Assembly: GCA_964460655.1 (NCBI GenBank)
Contig: CAYWSH010000002.1
Location: 1,377 to 65,376 of the forward strand
From: an uncultured Terriglobales bacterium
GTDB lineage: Bacteria > Acidobacteriota > Terriglobia > Terriglobales > Acidobacteriaceae
Length of the DNA stretch: 64,000 nt
Direction of reading: 5' to 3'
Shown: one piece after another, positions 61,284-64,000 of the stretch
How positions within the stretch are numbered: the first letter of the stretch is position 1
How the letters are laid out: every line of letters begins with the position of its first letter
Made by a program: the position numbers and the translations under genes
Notes under the pieces: generated by a model
The model's input: the letters and a program-made list of their open reading frames with translations, nothing else
What the model was told of the DNA's origin: nothing
Database searches by the model: none

Positions 61284-62954
61284 ATGTCTAATCCGCCCAC
61301 TGCCGCGACCATGACCATCAGCTCCAGCGCCTTGCCGGTGCTGGTGATGGTGTCGGGCGCCGAACAGACGCGCGTGCCCATCATGCGCACGCCTTTCGGC
61401 ATCGGGCGCAAGACAGACAAAGACCTGGTCATCGCCGATCCGCGCGTTTCGCGCGATCACGCCAACATCGTGATGGAGCAGGGCGACTTCGTCCTGATCG
61501 ACCTGGGCAGCAAGCACGGCACCTTCGTCAACGGCAACAAGATCGACCGCCACCGTCTGCAGAAGAACGACCGCATGGAGTTCGGCGCGGGCGACAAGGT
61601 CTTCGTCATCTTCAATCCCGACCGCGCCGATACGAATGCGGCGCGCGAGTTCCTCAGCCAGATTTCGGCCATGCCGGCGACGCCTTCGGGCGCCGCGTCG
61701 GACCTGGAAAAGCTGAAGCTATTCCTTGAGGCCGCACGCAAGCTGAACACGTCAGGCGTGGTGGATGAGGTCCTGGTCACGCTGATCGACGCCACGCTGC
61801 GCATCACGCACGCCGAACGCGGCTTCGTCTACCTGCGGCAGGACGATGCTTCGCTACGGCTCGTGGCGGCGCGCAGCGCGAAGGGCGAGACGCTGGTCGA
61901 CGACAAGAACATCTCGCACTCCATCGTGCAGGACGCGGTGAAGGGTGCGAGCGAATTCCTCATCACCGACACGAGCAAGAGCTCGAACATGGCCGGACGC
62001 GACAGCATCGTGGCGTTCGACCTGCGTACCGTCATTTGCATCCCGCTGCGCCGCACGCAGTTCTACGAGAAGAAGGGAGAGGATGGCACGCCGGGCAGTA
62101 CCGAGATCATGGGCGTGCTCTATCTCGACAGCCGCTTTGCGTCGCGCGAGATCACCGAGGTGAGCAACGACATCCTGCGCGCGATCGCGACGGAAGCAGC
62201 CGCGCTCGTGGAGAACGCGAAGCTGGTGCAGACGGAAGCGGCCGCGCGTCAGATGCAGCAGGAGCTTGCCATCGCGGCCTCGATCCAGCAGCGGCTCATG
62301 ACCGTGACGATCCCTGACGTGCCCTACGCCGGCGTGCGCGCCAAGAACTTGCCGTGCCGCGAGATCGGAGGCGACTTCTACGACGCCGTCCTCACCGACC
62401 ACGGACTCGCCATCATCCTCGCCGACGTGTGCGGCAAGGGAGTATCCGCCGCTATCCTCGGCTCGATCCTGCAGGGCATGGTTTATTCGCAGCTGCAGGC
62501 CGGCGCCAGCACTCTGGTGGAGATCGTCGCCGCGGCGAACAAATTCCTCTGCCTGAAGAGCGTCGGCGAAAAATACGCGACCATGCTCGTGGCGCTGCTA
62601 CGCCCTGACGGCACGCTCGAGTTCGTCAATTGCGGCCACGTCCCCCCCGTGTTGCTGCAGCAAGGCAAGCCGACGCGCCCAAGCGAAGGCAATCTGCCCG
62701 TTGGCCTCCTGCCCATCGCGCAGTACGAGAGCGCGACCTATAAGCTCAATGCGGGCGATCGTCTCATCGTCGTGACGGACGGCGTCACCGAGGCAGAAGA
62801 CGTGACCGGCGAATTCTTCGGCAACGAGCGGCTCGAGTCCGCGGCGGCCTGCGACAGTCCCTTCGACCAGATCTTCCGTCGCGTTGCCGAATTCTGCGGT
62901 CCCGTGCCGTTCAACGACGACTGCACGGTGCTCGAGCTCACCTACAAGGGTTGA
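61284..62954 (+). CDS. FHA - GAF - PP2C/SpoIIE-type Ser/Thr phosphatase
   Basis: FHA: FGIGRK..DLVIADPRVSRDHANI..GSKHGTFVNG. A central GAF-like segment. C-terminal: GGDFYDAV, ILADVCGKGVSAA, VVTDGVTEA. Confidence 0.8.
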   Translation: MSNPPTAATMTISSSALPVLVMVSGAEQTRVPIMRTPFGIGRKTDKDLVIADPRVSRDHANIVMEQGDFVLIDLGSKHGTFVNGNKIDRHRLQKNDRMEFGAGDKVFVIFNPDRADTNAAREFLSQISAMPATPSGAASDLEKLKLFLEAARKLNTSGVVDEVLVTLIDATLRITHAERGFVYLRQDDASLRLVAARSAKGETLVDDKNISHSIVQDAVKGASEFLITDTSKSSNMAGRDSIVAFDLRTVICIPLRRTQFYEKKGEDGTPGSTEIMGVLYLDSRFASREITEVSNDILRAIATEAAALVENAKLVQTEAAARQMQQELAIAASIQQRLMTVTIPDVPYAGVRAKNLPCREIGGDFYDAVLTDHGLAIILADVCGKGVSAAILGSILQGMVYSQLQAGASTLVEIVAAANKFLCLKSVGEKYATMLVALLRPDGTLEFVNCGHVPPVLLQQGKPTRPSEGNLPVGLLPIAQYESATYKLNAGDRLIVVTDGVTEAEDVTGEFFGNERLESAAACDSPFDQIFRRVAEFCGPVPFNDDCTVLELTYKG

Positions 62955-62975
62955 CCCGCCGCATCGAATAGACAT

Positions 62976-63002
62976 CTCTGCGTCCTCTGCGTACTCTGCG
63001 TC
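62976..63002 (+). repeat. Three tandem 9-bp repeats CTCTGCGTC / CTCTGCGTA / CTCTGCGTC
   Basis: Read directly from the sequence. They end 2 nt before the GTG start at 63005. Confidence 0.9.
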
Positions 63003-63004
63003 AG

Positions 63005-64000
63005 GTGTCGAACAAGTCCCATCAACTCATCCTCGCGCTGGCGCTCCTGCTCACCGCGCTCGTCTTCGGTGCGACGCTGCGCTTTGATTTCATCTACGAC
63101 GACTGGCCACAGATCGTCAGCAATCCTGTGGTACAGGCGTGGCATTTCGTACCCGGCTACTTCATCCATCACGTCTGGAGCCACATCTACCCGACGTGGC
63201 CCGGCAACTACTACCGTCCGCTGTTTCTGGTGTGGCTGCGGTTGAACCACGCGCTCTTCGGATTGCAGCCTTTCGGCTGGCACCTGACCACCGTGCTCGC
63301 GCACCTCGGTGTGACATGGATGGTGTATTGGCTGGCGTTGCGCCTCACGCGCGACCGCGTGACGTCCGCGATCGCCGCGCTGCTCTTCGGTGTGCATCCC
63401 ACGCACATCGAGACCGTCGCCTGGGTCTCCGGCGTGAGCGAGCCGTTGCTCGCGCTTTTCTTCATCCCGGCATTCGTCCTCTACCTCGAATCGCGCGAAA
63501 CAACGGGGATGGGTGGACGTGGGCGACTCGCCCGCGTGCTCTCGTATCTCTGCTATGCCGGCGCGTTGCTCTCGAAAGAGACTTCGATCGTTTTGCCTGG
63601 CCTGGTCTTCGGGTATGAATGGTTACGTGTGGACACGGGCGACTCGCGCGTGTCACGGATCGGGAGGGCAATCCGCGGCACTATCCCGTACATCCTCCTC
63701 TCGGTTGCTTATCTCGTCGCCCGCCAGCTAGTGCTGAAGAGCGTTGCCCATCCGGAGGCCGGCGTCACGCCGCTGACGGTCGTGCTGACGTGGCCGTCGC
63801 TCGTCATCTTTTATTTATGGCATCTCGTCGCGCCGGTGGCGGTGAATTTGTTCTACGACGTCGGTTATGTGACGTCCGCCGGCTTGATGTTCTGGCTGCC
63901 GTTGCTGGTAGTGCTCGCGATCGTGTTCGGCCTCTCGCGCTGGGCGAAAGCCTCAAGCGCAGCCGCCATGGCTGCGCTGTGGCTCTTCCTGCCGCTGGTG
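63005..64000 (+). CDS. Polytopic membrane protein of the TMTC/PMT_2-like (GT-C, DUF1736-type) family; 3' end outside the window
   Basis: Not in the ORF track because it is open-ended. Own translation from GTG 63005: VSNKSHQLILALALLLTALVFGATLRFDFIYDDWPQIVSNP..YYRPLF..LLFGVHPTHIETVAWVSG..LLSKETSIVLPGL... There is no stop to nt 64000 (332 codons). Confidence 0.7.
   Translation, partial: MSNKSHQLILALALLLTALVFGATLRFDFIYDDWPQIVSNPVVQAWHFVPGYFIHHVWSHIYPTWPGNYYRPLFLVWLRLNHALFGLQPFGWHLTTVLAHLGVTWMVYWLALRLTRDRVTSAIAALLFGVHPTHIETVAWVSGVSEPLLALFFIPAFVLYLESRETTGMGGRGRLARVLSYLCYAGALLSKETSIVLPGLVFGYEWLRVDTGDSRVSRIGRAIRGTIPYILLSVAYLVARQLVLKSVAHPEAGVTPLTVVLTWPSLVIFYLWHLVAPVAVNLFYDVGYVTSAGLMFWLPLLVVLAIVFGLSRWAKASSAAAMAALWLFLPLV

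Noticed and set aside
1-64000. rRNA, tRNA, tmRNA, riboswitch, IS element, prophage, toxin-antitoxin or dif-site signatures.
   Set aside because: None was recognised by eye on either strand. Absence is not proven, because no covariance-model or profile search could be run.

Overview
GC-rich bacterial chromosomal window. Gene content suggests an Acidobacteria-like organism, but that is only a guess. I call about 46 protein-coding genes, one pseudogene remnant and several small regulatory elements. I recognised no rRNA, tRNA, CRISPR array, transposase or IS element.

Layout:
(i) 1-4.1 kb: a 5'-truncated acyl-AMP-ligase/carrier/acyltransferase fusion and an adjacent xerD-xerC-like recombinase pair.
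(ii) 4.1-35.9 kb: a complete exosortase A (XrtA)/PEP-CTERM exopolysaccharide locus. It holds two tandem PrsT-like TPR lipoproteins, one PEP-CTERM cargo protein, EpsI, XrtA and an enhancer-binding-protein-like regulator. It also holds a Wza-like exporter, an outer-membrane barrel candidate, a Wzz-like protein, an ExeA-like ATPase, a BY-kinase and a priming sugar transferase. The remaining genes are 2 GT2, 3 GT4, a Wzy/O-antigen-ligase-like protein, a Wzx flippase, 2 NodB deacetylases, 2 AsnB-type amidotransferases and a FemAB-like protein.
(iii) 35.9-51.9 kb: an accessory block dominated by a 2751-aa mosaic lipoprotein.
(iv) 52-61 kb: nucleotide-sugar genes (GalE-like, rmlC-D-A-B, WbpO/WbpP-like pair) and a GT2-methyltransferase fusion, interrupted by a visibly lower-GC GIY-YIG-like gene.
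(v) 61-64 kb: an FHA-GAF-PP2C phosphatase and a 3'-truncated TMTC/PMT-like membrane protein.

Most interesting observations:
- The giant lipoprotein fuses, through 17 Ig-like repeats, paralogous copies of two neighbouring stand-alone proteins. One is an IPT + right-handed beta-helix protein. The other is a membrane-anchored protein with a domain I cannot assign. A third, frameshifted and truncated beta-helix copy lies nearby.
- Two intergenic regions in the xrtA core each show the same layout: a TGCA-N6-TGCA dyad about 110 bp upstream of a TGGC-N8-TGCA (sigma-54 -24/-12-like) element. A third TGGC-N8-TGCA lies upstream of the regulator gene.
- The only enhancer-binding-like regulator in the window lacks both a receiver domain and the GAFTGA loop.
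- One of the two AsnB-like amidotransferases lacks the N-terminal Cys nucleophile.
- An identical 15-mer containing an extended -10-like box heads two separate operons.

All homology statements are by-eye motif recognition. No database search or computation was run.
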